Assembly: GCA_036171495.1 (NCBI GenBank)
Contig: JAVHRE010000485.1
Span: 1-29,354 of the forward strand
Length of the DNA: 29,354 nt
Direction: 5' to 3'
From: Bacteroidales bacterium
GTDB lineage: Bacteria; Bacteroidota; Bacteroidia; Bacteroidales; GWA2-32-17
The notes beneath the pieces were generated by a model, which was not told the DNA's origin, did not search any database, and saw only the letters and a list, made by a program, of their open reading frames with translations. Shown here one piece after another: positions 1-7,838 of the stretch. Numbering within the stretch: position 1 is the stretch's first letter; the number at the start of each line of letters is the position of its first letter. Made by a program: the position numbers and the translations under genes.

Positions 1-61
1 CCATTCTAAAGTTCAAATTGTTCTTTGGACTAATTTGACCTAAGAATTGGTATTATTTTCG

Positions 62-132
62 TTTTAAAAATCAAGCTATTCCGCATAAGCGGAACTCTTG
101 ATTTTTAAAAACTTCGTCCCGCCTAAGCGGGA
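62..132. repeat. Palindromic REP-like pair: long hairpin (14-bp outer stem plus TTCCGC-ATAA-GCGGAA) and sibling hairpin TCCCGC-CTAA-GCGGGA
   Basis: ttttaaaaatcaag (62-75) is the exact reverse complement of cttgatttttaaaa (97-110); inner ttccgc/gcggaa at 79-94; second palindrome tcccgc/gcggga at 117-132. Confidence 0.6.
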
Positions 133-350
133 GTATTTGACGTTTTCTTATCAAACACTGAGTTTTCTTTCTAACACTAACTACAGTTTTAACTTCGACA
201 ATCTCAGTTACCAAAGGCTGGAGTTATAAATACATTTCAATAAATGTACTTTAGTCCAAAATATAATGCTACAATGTTGAGAGAGTTCATGTTTGAATAT
301 ACGTAATTAAAATCTTAGTCAAACAATAGTTTATTTCGGTGGTAAAAATA

Positions 351-382
351 AAAAAGGCTGGCATAAATGCCAGCCTTTTTTT
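351..382. terminator. Intrinsic (Rho-independent) terminator, likely bidirectional, downstream of the 400..678 gene
   Basis: Stem ggctggca (356-363)/tgccagcc (368-375), 4-nt loop, A-run on the left and T-run (376-382) on the right; lies about 20 nt past the stop of the last minus-strand gene. Confidence 0.9.
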
Positions 383-399
383 AGGTTTCAAGAAAAAAA

Positions 400-678
400 T
401 TATTTTTTCTTACCTTTTGCAGCTTTACCTTTAGGTGCAGCAGCAGCTTTAGCGATAGAATCAGCTTTAGCTTGTTCAGCAACAGCGGCTTGAGCTTGAG
501 CTATAGAATCTTGTTTTGCTTGCTCTTTAGCAGCAGTAGCAGCTTCTACTTTTGTAATAGAATCAGCTTTTAAAGAATCAAGTTTAGCTTGTTCAGCAGC
601 TTTTTGTTCTGCACTAGGTCCACATGCAACGAATGACATCATTCCTGCAATCATTAAAAGTCCAAAAAGTTTTTTCAT
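400..678 (-). CDS. Small Ala/Lys-rich lipoprotein of unknown function
   Basis: Basic N-terminus, hydrophobic core and lipobox FVAC (Cys19); repeated AKxDSI/L motifs; own promoter-like motif and terminator. Confidence 0.8.
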   Translation of the reverse strand: MKKLFGLLMIAGMMSFVACGPSAEQKAAEQAKLDSLKADSITKVEAATAAKEQAKQDSIAQAQAAVAEQAKADSIAKAAAAPKGKAAKGKKK

Positions 679-704
679 AAGTATTTAAATGTTTATTAAC
701 GGTG

Positions 705-738
705 CAAATGTATATTAATTGTTTTTTAGTTGTTCAAA
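705..738 (-). promoter_or_regulatory. Bacteroidota primary-sigma promoter for the lipoprotein gene
   Basis: Minus strand TACATTTG (705-712) matches the -7 consensus TAnnTTTG; TTTG at 735-738 is a -33 candidate (22-nt spacer, slightly longer than the usual 19-21). Confidence 0.6.
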
Positions 739-778
739 AAAAAGCAAAAATTTTTTAACATGTGTATATGTCTGTGAA

Positions 779-1810
779 TTAGGATGTTATAGTGTAATTT
801 TTCCACTTATCAATTAAATATTTCATGTCGTCGGGTAAATTTGAGTCGAAAAAAAACCATTTTTTAGTGCTTGGATGAAAAAATCCTAACGATTTGGCAT
901 GAAGTGCTTGACGAGGGCAAATTTGAAAGCAATTTTCAACAAATTGGCTATATTTTGCAAAATTATTTCCTTTAATAATTTGAGCACCACCATATATTTT
1001 ATCGTTAAATAAAGGATGTTTAATATATTCAAAATGAGCCCTTATTTGATGAGTTCGTCCGGTTTCGAGTTTACATTCAATTAGTGAAGTATAGCTATAT
1101 TCTTCTATAACTTTATAATGTGTAACAGCATGTTTACCAAAATCGTTATCTGGAAATATTGTCATTTTTTTTCTATCACGTGGTGAACGACCAATATTGC
1201 CAATAATAGTTCCGTTTTTTTCTTTAAAAATTCCCCAAACTAAAGCAATATAACTACGTTCAGTTGTTTTATCAAAAAATTGTTTAGCAAGACTTGCATG
1301 AGCCAACTCGTTTTTTGCAACTACAAGTAAACCAGATGTATCTTTGTCAATTCTGTGAACCAAACCTGGTCTTATTGTGTTTTTATTAATAACAGGTAAA
1401 TCTTTAAAATGCCATAAAAGTGCATTTACAAGCGTGCCGGTATAATTGCCTTTTGCAGGATGCACAACCATTCCGGCAGGTTTATTTACAATAATTAAAT
1501 CATCATCTTCGTAAGCAATATTTAAAGGTATGTTTTCGGGCAGAGTTTCTTGATTGCTTGGAGGATAGGGTAAAACTATTGAAATAACATCGTTAGGTTT
1601 AATCAGATAATTCGATTTTATTGGAATTTTGTTTACTAATATGCAGTTAGCAGTTGCTGCATTTTGTATTCTGTTTCGCGAAATATTTTCTAACCGTAAA
1701 CATAAAAATTTGTCAATTCGCAAAGGTGTTTGTCCTTTATCAACTTTAATATTAAAATGTTCGAATAAGTCGTTTGATTCTTCGTTTAAAAAGCTTTCTT
1801 CTTCGCTCAT
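779..1810 (-). CDS. rluD: RluA-family 23S rRNA pseudouridine synthase (RluD-like)
   Basis: N-terminal S4-like domain (LRIDKFL), NKPAGMVVHP, catalytic HRIDKDTSG, and TGRTHQIR motifs. Confidence 0.93.
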   Translation of the reverse strand: MSEEESFLNEESNDLFEHFNIKVDKGQTPLRIDKFLCLRLENISRNRIQNAATANCILVNKIPIKSNYLIKPNDVISIVLPYPPSNQETLPENIPLNIAYEDDDLIIVNKPAGMVVHPAKGNYTGTLVNALLWHFKDLPVINKNTIRPGLVHRIDKDTSGLLVVAKNELAHASLAKQFFDKTTERSYIALVWGIFKEKNGTIIGNIGRSPRDRKKMTIFPDNDFGKHAVTHYKVIEEYSYTSLIECKLETGRTHQIRAHFEYIKHPLFNDKIYGGAQIIKGNNFAKYSQFVENCFQICPRQALHAKSLGFFHPSTKKWFFFDSNLPDDMKYLIDKWKNYTITS

Positions 1811-1811
1811 T

Positions 1812-3932
1812 TTAGATTCTATTGATAATAAGCTTGCTTGTAAATTGTTGTTTGCTGTTATATGCTTTTAGAATATAAATTCCATTTGGAATTTTAGAAA
1901 CATCAATTTTATTGTTTGATGCAAAAGTTTCTAAAATAATTCTGCCTGTAATATCGAAAACTTGAAATTTATAACTATCTGAATTATCAACTGTTATGAA
2001 GTCGGCAGCAGGATTAGGATAAAAATTTAATTGGTTATTTGTTTTATTATGAGCTATTTCATTAATTGGTTGAGCGCTGAAAACTGGTCGCATCATCGGA
2101 GTTCCTGCATAAGGTATATTGTACCACGAACCAGTAATATTATAAAAAACTTTTGATGAGTTATCGTTATTTAAGTCGAAGCCAATATTTAGCATATCTT
2201 GAGTAGTTTGAATCCAACCTATATAAAATGTATCTGTTATAAAAATTGAAGTATCTAAATTATAATATTGGAACTCGTTTAATCCATGAGACTCAGGTTT
2301 TTCGCCCATTTGGCTATAAATAACTTGTCCGGGTTTTCTGTTTACATTATTCCAAATTGTTAAATAAAAATTTTTAATGTTAGCATCATTTAATGTTCTA
2401 TTAAAAAACATATTTATGCCACGCAAAGTGTCGGGTTTGAGTGTGTAAAACTTAAAAGCCAGTTTGCCGTTTTGAGTGTTCCCTTCGGTTAATCCTAATC
2501 CAATTTCGGGAGTACCATCATCGTAAGCATAATAATTATCAAATATTTGATGATAAACTAAGGTATCGTTCCAACGGTATGGTTCATGAATATTGAGTGT
2601 GCTGCTTGTTTGACTGATTTTAATTTCAAATTCAGCTTTGTTAGATGTTGTAAAAGGAAAATAATTTGATGTGTCGGCTTGCGAAAACTTAAAATCGGAA
2701 AAAGGAGCAATATTTTCACTTCCTAAACTTCTATTAAAAATAACTGTGTTTTCTGTTTTATTTTTGATTATATATCTTCGGGTTATAAGTTTTAAAGAAT
2801 CGCTTAAATTTCTATAAAAAAATTTAATTCTATTGGTTTGAAAATTGCTAACTGATTTATAATGGTCCCATGGAACTGATTTAAAGTTTTTTAAAACAGT
2901 ATCTAAATTATTCACAAAAGTAACATCTTGATAAATGGTATCGGAATCATTTCTGTTTTTATCTAATTTAACATAATCAATATTCCAAAAAGCTATATCG
3001 CTTGCATAGCTTGGCAATGGATAAATATGTAGTTTTGAATAATTTTTAAATTGAAATTGAAAACCGTTTGCAAAAAACAAAGAATCAACAATTGGAATAA
3101 GCACTTGTTTAAAAGGTTTGTTTGTGTCGCCGGGTTCTGCCCAAATATGTTTCCATAAAGTTGATGGAGTTTTAAATTCAAGTACCAGCGAATCTTCAGC
3201 ATCTGGAGCACGTCCTCCTATTCCTTGTGGTTGGTAATAAAAGCTCAAATAAAGAGAATCGGCGGGAGAATAAGTAAAAAACAAATATTTGTCAATATGA
3301 GTGTATATGCCTGTAATTGAATTATAAGTGTAAAGAAAATTGCTTACATTTGTTACATATCCGAGCGAATCATAATAAATTACCATATTAACATTATACA
3401 TTATTGAATCTGTTTTACAATTATAATAAGTGGAATTAACAATATAAAATAACGAGTCGGCAGGATAATAACTTCCCGAAAATGAATTATAATAATATAA
3501 ACCGGCAGTAGAAATTGAAATAGGATTTTTATCGGTATGGTTTGCCAAATTAATTGGTTTTGAGGTTAGTGTATCGCTAATAAAAAGTGAAGTTCCAGCG
3601 TTTGAGTGAAGCTGACCAGCAAAATCTAATGCGTCAAAAGTAGCAACTCCCAATGATGGCGGATTGTCCCCAAAAGACTGATTAACAAACACTTGTTCGT
3701 CGAGCCAGTTTGATAAATCAGGATAAACGGCATCTTTTGAAAAGTCATCAAAAAATGGGAGTTTAAGCGTATCTCCAATTGCTTTTATTGATTTATTAAT
3801 TAAGGTATTTTGATTAATATATTTTTCAATAACAGGATTAGTTTGCAAAGGCAATAAAACTACCTGTGCATTAACACTATAAGCAAATGTTAATAAAATG
3901 ATTATTAAATATTTTAATGTTTTATAAATCAT
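1812..3932 (-). CDS. Secreted protein with T9SS type-A C-terminal sorting domain
   Basis: Sec signal peptide (ends around VNA-Q), LPFFDDFS N-terminal motif, C-terminal YPNPA...FDITGR...GIYIL...KLII CTD signature. Confidence 0.85.
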   Translation of the reverse strand: MIYKTLKYLIIILLTFAYSVNAQVVLLPLQTNPVIEKYINQNTLINKSIKAIGDTLKLPFFDDFSKDAVYPDLSNWLDEQVFVNQSFGDNPPSLGVATFDALDFAGQLHSNAGTSLFISDTLTSKPINLANHTDKNPISISTAGLYYYNSFSGSYYPADSLFYIVNSTYYNCKTDSIMYNVNMVIYYDSLGYVTNVSNFLYTYNSITGIYTHIDKYLFFTYSPADSLYLSFYYQPQGIGGRAPDAEDSLVLEFKTPSTLWKHIWAEPGDTNKPFKQVLIPIVDSLFFANGFQFQFKNYSKLHIYPLPSYASDIAFWNIDYVKLDKNRNDSDTIYQDVTFVNNLDTVLKNFKSVPWDHYKSVSNFQTNRIKFFYRNLSDSLKLITRRYIIKNKTENTVIFNRSLGSENIAPFSDFKFSQADTSNYFPFTTSNKAEFEIKISQTSSTLNIHEPYRWNDTLVYHQIFDNYYAYDDGTPEIGLGLTEGNTQNGKLAFKFYTLKPDTLRGINMFFNRTLNDANIKNFYLTIWNNVNRKPGQVIYSQMGEKPESHGLNEFQYYNLDTSIFITDTFYIGWIQTTQDMLNIGFDLNNDNSSKVFYNITGSWYNIPYAGTPMMRPVFSAQPINEIAHNKTNNQLNFYPNPAADFITVDNSDSYKFQVFDITGRIILETFASNNKIDVSKIPNGIYILKAYNSKQQFTSKLIINRI

Positions 3933-4740
3933 TTGGTGAATTGTTTTCGGTTGCCGATTCGGGAATTAAATCGTTATCTAAAGTAAGCCATATATCAATA
4001 TAACTACCTAATTTTATTGAGCTTTCAGAAATAGACTTTGGATGTTGTTTCCAGATTTTTGCATTTAACGAATCGCGGGTTGTTTTAATTGTTTTATCGT
4101 AAACAGCAACTCCAACATTAAGCGAAAGCGACGAAAGTTTTTGCTCAGCTTCGCTGAAAGTTAAACCTAAAATATTTGGAACAAATGTGTTCTCGTTGCT
4201 TTCGCCTTTGCCAACAACTAAATCAATTAACGAACCTTTAACAAGCATTGTATTTGGCTTAATTGGTTTGCCCTTGTATTTTTGTTCGAGTACAGTAGTA
4301 GAGATGTCGGGGACATAATTTAATTTTCCAATTTTAAGCCCAAAAAGTTCGGCATCGGAAGTTGCTTGTCTAACCGAAATACCTGTTAAATCGGGCATTG
4401 CCACTTTTTCGGCTTCTAACCCATTAATAATAAGATAAATTGTTCGTTCTATTTTAACTTTACTATTAGCAATTGGTTCTTGTGATACAACTGTGCCTAT
4501 TTCTTTATCTTGAAAATGGACAGAATCGGAAACTTCTACTAAAAAATCTTTGTTAGAAGCAATTCGCTGTGCCTGTTCAAAAGTTAAACCGCTTAAATCG
4601 GGTACCGATGTAGCTTCGCCATGATGTGTATAAAAATTAATTGAAAAAAAACTTGTAGTTAGCAAAATTGTTGTAACTACAACTGCTAAACCAAGATGGA
4701 TAAAAAACTTACGACTTTTTAAAAATGTGATTATACTCAT
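3922..4740 (-). CDS. Membrane-anchored protein with three PASTA domains
   Basis: N-terminal TM helix followed by three VP/MP-D/N-L-xG repeats (VPDLSG, MPDLTG, VPNILG), each ending in a TIYLII/IDLVV/IDIWL-type strand; no kinase domain. Confidence 0.88.
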   Translation of the reverse strand: MSIITFLKSRKFFIHLGLAVVVTTILLTTSFFSINFYTHHGEATSVPDLSGLTFEQAQRIASNKDFLVEVSDSVHFQDKEIGTVVSQEPIANSKVKIERTIYLIINGLEAEKVAMPDLTGISVRQATSDAELFGLKIGKLNYVPDISTTVLEQKYKGKPIKPNTMLVKGSLIDLVVGKGESNENTFVPNILGLTFSEAEQKLSSLSLNVGVAVYDKTIKTTRDSLNAKIWKQHPKSISESSIKLGSYIDIWLTLDNDLIPESATENNSPNDL

Positions 4741-4762
4741 GTAATTCGCATAAACGTAAAAG

Positions 4763-4770
4763 CAAAATTA
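4763..4770 (-). promoter_or_regulatory. Candidate -7 promoter element for the PASTA-T9SS-rluD unit
   Basis: Minus strand TAATTTTG matches TAnnTTTG, 22 nt upstream of the ATG; a second match TACTTTTG lies at 4915-4922. AT-rich DNA makes chance matches possible. Confidence 0.45.
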
Positions 4771-4799
4771 AAATTATATTTCGGTAGAATAAAATTTAT

Positions 4800-4897
4800 G
4801 TTATACTTCAACTGTTTGAGTTTGCGAAAAACAGCAAACTCAAACGCTCAGTATAACTAAATCTAAGCATTTTTGCTTTCGCAAATCTGCCAAGATT
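4800..4897. repeat. Twin intergenic hairpins
   Basis: Perfect 12-bp stem gtttgagtttgc (4814-4825)/gcaaactcaaac (4834-4845) with outer stem gttatact/agtataac; second hairpin 4860-4897 centred on tttgc-tttc-gcaaa. Confidence 0.6.
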
Positions 4898-4934
4898 CAG
4901 TATAAATTCAGCAGCAAAAGTAAATATAAATTGT

Positions 4935-5002
4935 TTTACCCCATTAGATATTTACAAATGAAATAATAATTTTGTTAAAATATTATTATCTAACGGGGTG
5001 AA
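4935..5002. repeat. Miniature inverted-repeat element (MITE-like)
   Basis: accccattagata (4938-4950) versus tatctaacggggt (4987-4999): 12/13 inverted match, 15/18 extended, around an AT-rich 36-nt spacer. Confidence 0.5.
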
Positions 5003-5107
5003 TTGCTTTATTGCTTCATGTTTATTGTCATACATTGTCATATTTCGTAATTCATTGTTTATTGTTTCATTGTTATTTATGCGAATCAAGGGATGAGTAG
5101 TTAAATT

Positions 5108-5815
5108 TTAATTACAGTATTGTTTAATTAATTCATAAGCTTTACTAAATCCCAGTTCACCTGCTTTGCTTAAGTCCAGACAACCTCCTTCTTTATCTTT
5201 AAGATAATATTTAGCAATTCCTCTGTTAAAATATGCATTTGAGTTTTTAGGATTCAGTTCAATTGCATTATTCAAATCATTAAGTGCATCGGCATAATTT
5301 TTAATCTGAATTTTCACAAAGCCACGATTAGTATAAGCTTCGGAAAATTTTGAATTAAATTCAATAGCTTTACTATAATCAAGTATTGCTGCATCGTATT
5401 CTTGAACCTTATATTTTGCAATACCACGATTAAAATAAATGTTTGCATTTCCGGAATCTATTTTCAGAGCTTTATCAAAATCAGAAATTGCTTCTTTAAA
5501 ATTATTCAGCTTTTCTTTTGCTACACCCCTGTTATAGTAACCTGTTGCGTTATTGGGTTTTAATTCAATAACCATGTTATAATCCTGTATCGCACCTCTA
5601 TAATCTTGTAGTTGAAATTTTGCATTACCTCTATTAATATATGCAACGTCGTCTTTAGAATTTAATTCTATGGCTTTGTTAAAATCCTGCATGCTACTTG
5701 CATTGCCTGATGTTCCTGCTTTTGAATGAATATTATAATAAGATTTCTCATCAAATTGAGAAAATGTCATTAAAAATGAAAGGCAAAGAAATAGTAACAA
5801 AAAATTTTTTTTCAT
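5108..5815 (-). CDS. Exported tetratricopeptide repeat (TPR) protein
   Basis: Signal peptide, about five canonical 34-aa repeats (AYINRGNAK...AIQDYNMVIELKP etc.) and a C-terminal GCLDLSKA...YCN cap. Confidence 0.9.
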   Translation of the reverse strand: MKKNFLLLFLCLSFLMTFSQFDEKSYYNIHSKAGTSGNASSMQDFNKAIELNSKDDVAYINRGNAKFQLQDYRGAIQDYNMVIELKPNNATGYYNRGVAKEKLNNFKEAISDFDKALKIDSGNANIYFNRGIAKYKVQEYDAAILDYSKAIEFNSKFSEAYTNRGFVKIQIKNYADALNDLNNAIELNPKNSNAYFNRGIAKYYLKDKEGGCLDLSKAGELGFSKAYELIKQYCN

Positions 5816-5816
5816 T

Positions 5817-5935
5817 AGAGAATATATCGAATAAGGTATTTCGGTTTTTATAAAAAGTTAAAGTCAATAAAATTAATAGTTTTAAAACATCAAAAAAGTA
5901 TAAAATTCAACTGTTTCTTATTCGATATAAACTCT
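5817..5935. repeat. Inverted repeat pair bracketing the yqeY-TPR intergenic spacer
   Basis: tatatcgaataag (5823-5835) and cttattcgatata (5917-5929) are perfect 13-bp inverted repeats, 17/19 when extended to 5817 and 5935. Confidence 0.7.
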
Positions 5936-5936
5936 A

Positions 5937-6389
5937 TTATTTACCTGACAATAAAAGTTTTACCTTTTCAGAAAGTATTTTACCATCAACCGAGCCTGCA
6001 AAGCGTTTTGTAGCAACTCCCATTACTTTTCCCATTTCGGCAGGTGATTTTGCTCCAACCTGAACAATAATTTCGTTTAAAATTTTTGTTATTTCTTGGT
6101 CAGATGGAGGTTTGGGCAAGTATTGTTCAATAATTCCGGCTTCAAAAAGTTCTTTATCGGCAAGCTCTTGACGGTTGTTATCACTATAAATTTTTGCCGA
6201 TTCTTTTCGTTGCTTATAAAGTTTTTGAATAATTAAAAGTTCTTTTTCGGGACTTAATTCGGAGTTTGAACCCTCTGTTTTTGCTATAAGAAAAGCTGCT
6301 TTAATACTTCTGAGTGCTTCTAATTTTCCACTCTCGCGTGCAAGCATTGCGGTTTTAATGTCGTTACTTATTGTTTCAAAAAGTGCCAT
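5937..6389 (-). CDS. GatB/YqeY domain-containing protein
   Basis: 150 aa with DIKTAM...ALRSIKAA, KQRKES, A-KE-E-IIEQYLP and MGKVMG motifs; the position after ftsZ is typical of Bacteroidota. Confidence 0.9.
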   Translation of the reverse strand: MALFETISNDIKTAMLARESGKLEALRSIKAAFLIAKTEGSNSELSPEKELLIIQKLYKQRKESAKIYSDNNRQELADKELFEAGIIEQYLPKPPSDQEITKILNEIIVQVGAKSPAEMGKVMGVATKRFAGSVDGKILSEKVKLLLSGK

Positions 6390-6400
6390 AATTATTATTT

Positions 6401-7813
6401 TTAATCAACTTTATCGTGTAAATATGAATTATTTTCTCTTAATTGAGTACCATTTCCGGTTTTATCTATAGTATAATTCGACTTATCGGTTGATGTTGAA
6501 TAATTTTTATTTTCAACAACAATATTATTCCTTAAATAAGTTGGAATGTTAGATAGTTTATCAATTTCTTCGTTATTATTCAAATCAGTTAGAATTGTTT
6601 GTTTTTGAGCATTAGAAAGAGCATTTTGCAGGTTTGTTTCAATTGTGTTTTTTGTATTGTTATTTTGTAGAGCATGAACATTGTTATGGTCATTAAAATC
6701 AATGGATTTTTGCTCAAATTTTTCAATTGTTTTACTATTATCAGTGCTTTGTTTTGGAGTTTCAACTTGCTTTGGTTTTTCATCAACTACTACCTTCTTT
6801 TCATTTTTAGGAGTAATAATATTTAATTCCGGAATAAAAGATGTACCAAAGCCAGTAGCAATAACAGTAACGCTTATTTTATTTCCAAGTGATGGGTTTG
6901 TACAACTACCAAATATCATATCGGCTTTAGAACCAGCAGCTTCCTGAACAAAATCACTTATTTGTCCAATTTCGTCCATTGTTGCTTCACTTTCGCCGGA
7001 TGTAATATTAAGAAGAATATTTTTGGCTCCATAAATTTCATTATTATTAAGAAGCGGGGAAGAAAGTGCTTTTTTTATTGCTTCAATAGCTCTATTTTCG
7101 CCTTCAGCTTCACCAATGCCCATAATTGCAACACCGCTATTGCTCATTACAGTTCTAACATCTGCAAAATCAACATTTATATGACCGGAAACTGTAATTA
7201 TTTCAGCAATACCTTTTGCTCCAATTGTAAGTACATCGTCAGCTTTTGCAAATCCTTCTGAAGCAGGCAGGTCGCCATAAATTTCGCGAAGTTTCTCGTT
7301 ATTTATTACTAACAAAGAATCAACATTTTCCTTTAATTCTCTTAAGCCTTCAATAGCTTGATTAAAACGGCGGGCACCTTCGAAACGGAATGGAATTGTA
7401 ACAATAGCCACAACTAACAAACCCAGTTCTTTAGCTGCATTAGCGATAACCGGTGCTGCACCGGTTCCTGTTCCACCGCCCATTCCGGCAGTTATAAATA
7501 TCATTTTTGTGTTTTCAGAAAGCAAACTATTGATTTCGTTTAAACTTTCTATTGCAGCTTGTTTTCCTTGTTCCGGATGACTTCCAGCTCCAAGTCCTTC
7601 GGTTAATGTCTGTCCGAGTTGAATTTTAATAGGTACCGGACTTTTTGCAAGTGCCTGAACATCAGTGTTGCATACAACAAAATCAACATCATTAATACCT
7701 TGTTTAAACATGTGATTTACAGCATTGCTGCCACCACCACCTACTCCTAATACCTTTATTATTGAAGGTCTTTCAGTAGGAAATCCGAATTTTAATAAAT
7801 CTTCTTCGTTCAT
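6401..7813 (-). CDS. ftsZ: Cell division protein FtsZ
   Basis: [13 protein letters not shown], tubulin signature [17 protein letters not shown], and Bacteroidota-type C-terminus [10 protein letters not shown]. Confidence 0.98.
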   Translation of the reverse strand: MNEEDLLKFGFPTERPSIIKVLGVGGGGSNAVNHMFKQGINDVDFVVCNTDVQALAKSPVPIKIQLGQTLTEGLGAGSHPEQGKQAAIESLNEINSLLSENTKMIFITAGMGGGTGTGAAPVIANAAKELGLLVVAIVTIPFRFEGARRFNQAIEGLRELKENVDSLLVINNEKLREIYGDLPASEGFAKADDVLTIGAKGIAEIITVSGHINVDFADVRTVMSNSGVAIMGIGEAEGENRAIEAIKKALSSPLLNNNEIYGAKNILLNITSGESEATMDEIGQISDFVQEAAGSKADMIFGSCTNPSLGNKISVTVIATGFGTSFIPELNIITPKNEKKVVVDEKPKQVETPKQSTDNSKTIEKFEQKSIDFNDHNNVHALQNNNTKNTIETNLQNALSNAQKQTILTDLNNNEEIDKLSNIPTYLRNNIVVENKNYSTSTDKSNYTIDKTGNGTQLRENNSYLHDKVD

Positions 7814-7838
7814 AATTTTGAGGTTTTATTGTTTATAA

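Noticed and set aside
147-208. actgag/ctcagt inverted repeat
   Set aside because: Only 6 bp over a 50-nt gap; expected by chance.
4800-5075. CRISPR array or tRNA in the repeat-rich spacer
   Set aside because: No regularly spaced identical repeats with unique spacers, and no cloverleaf or T-loop GTTCRA motif.
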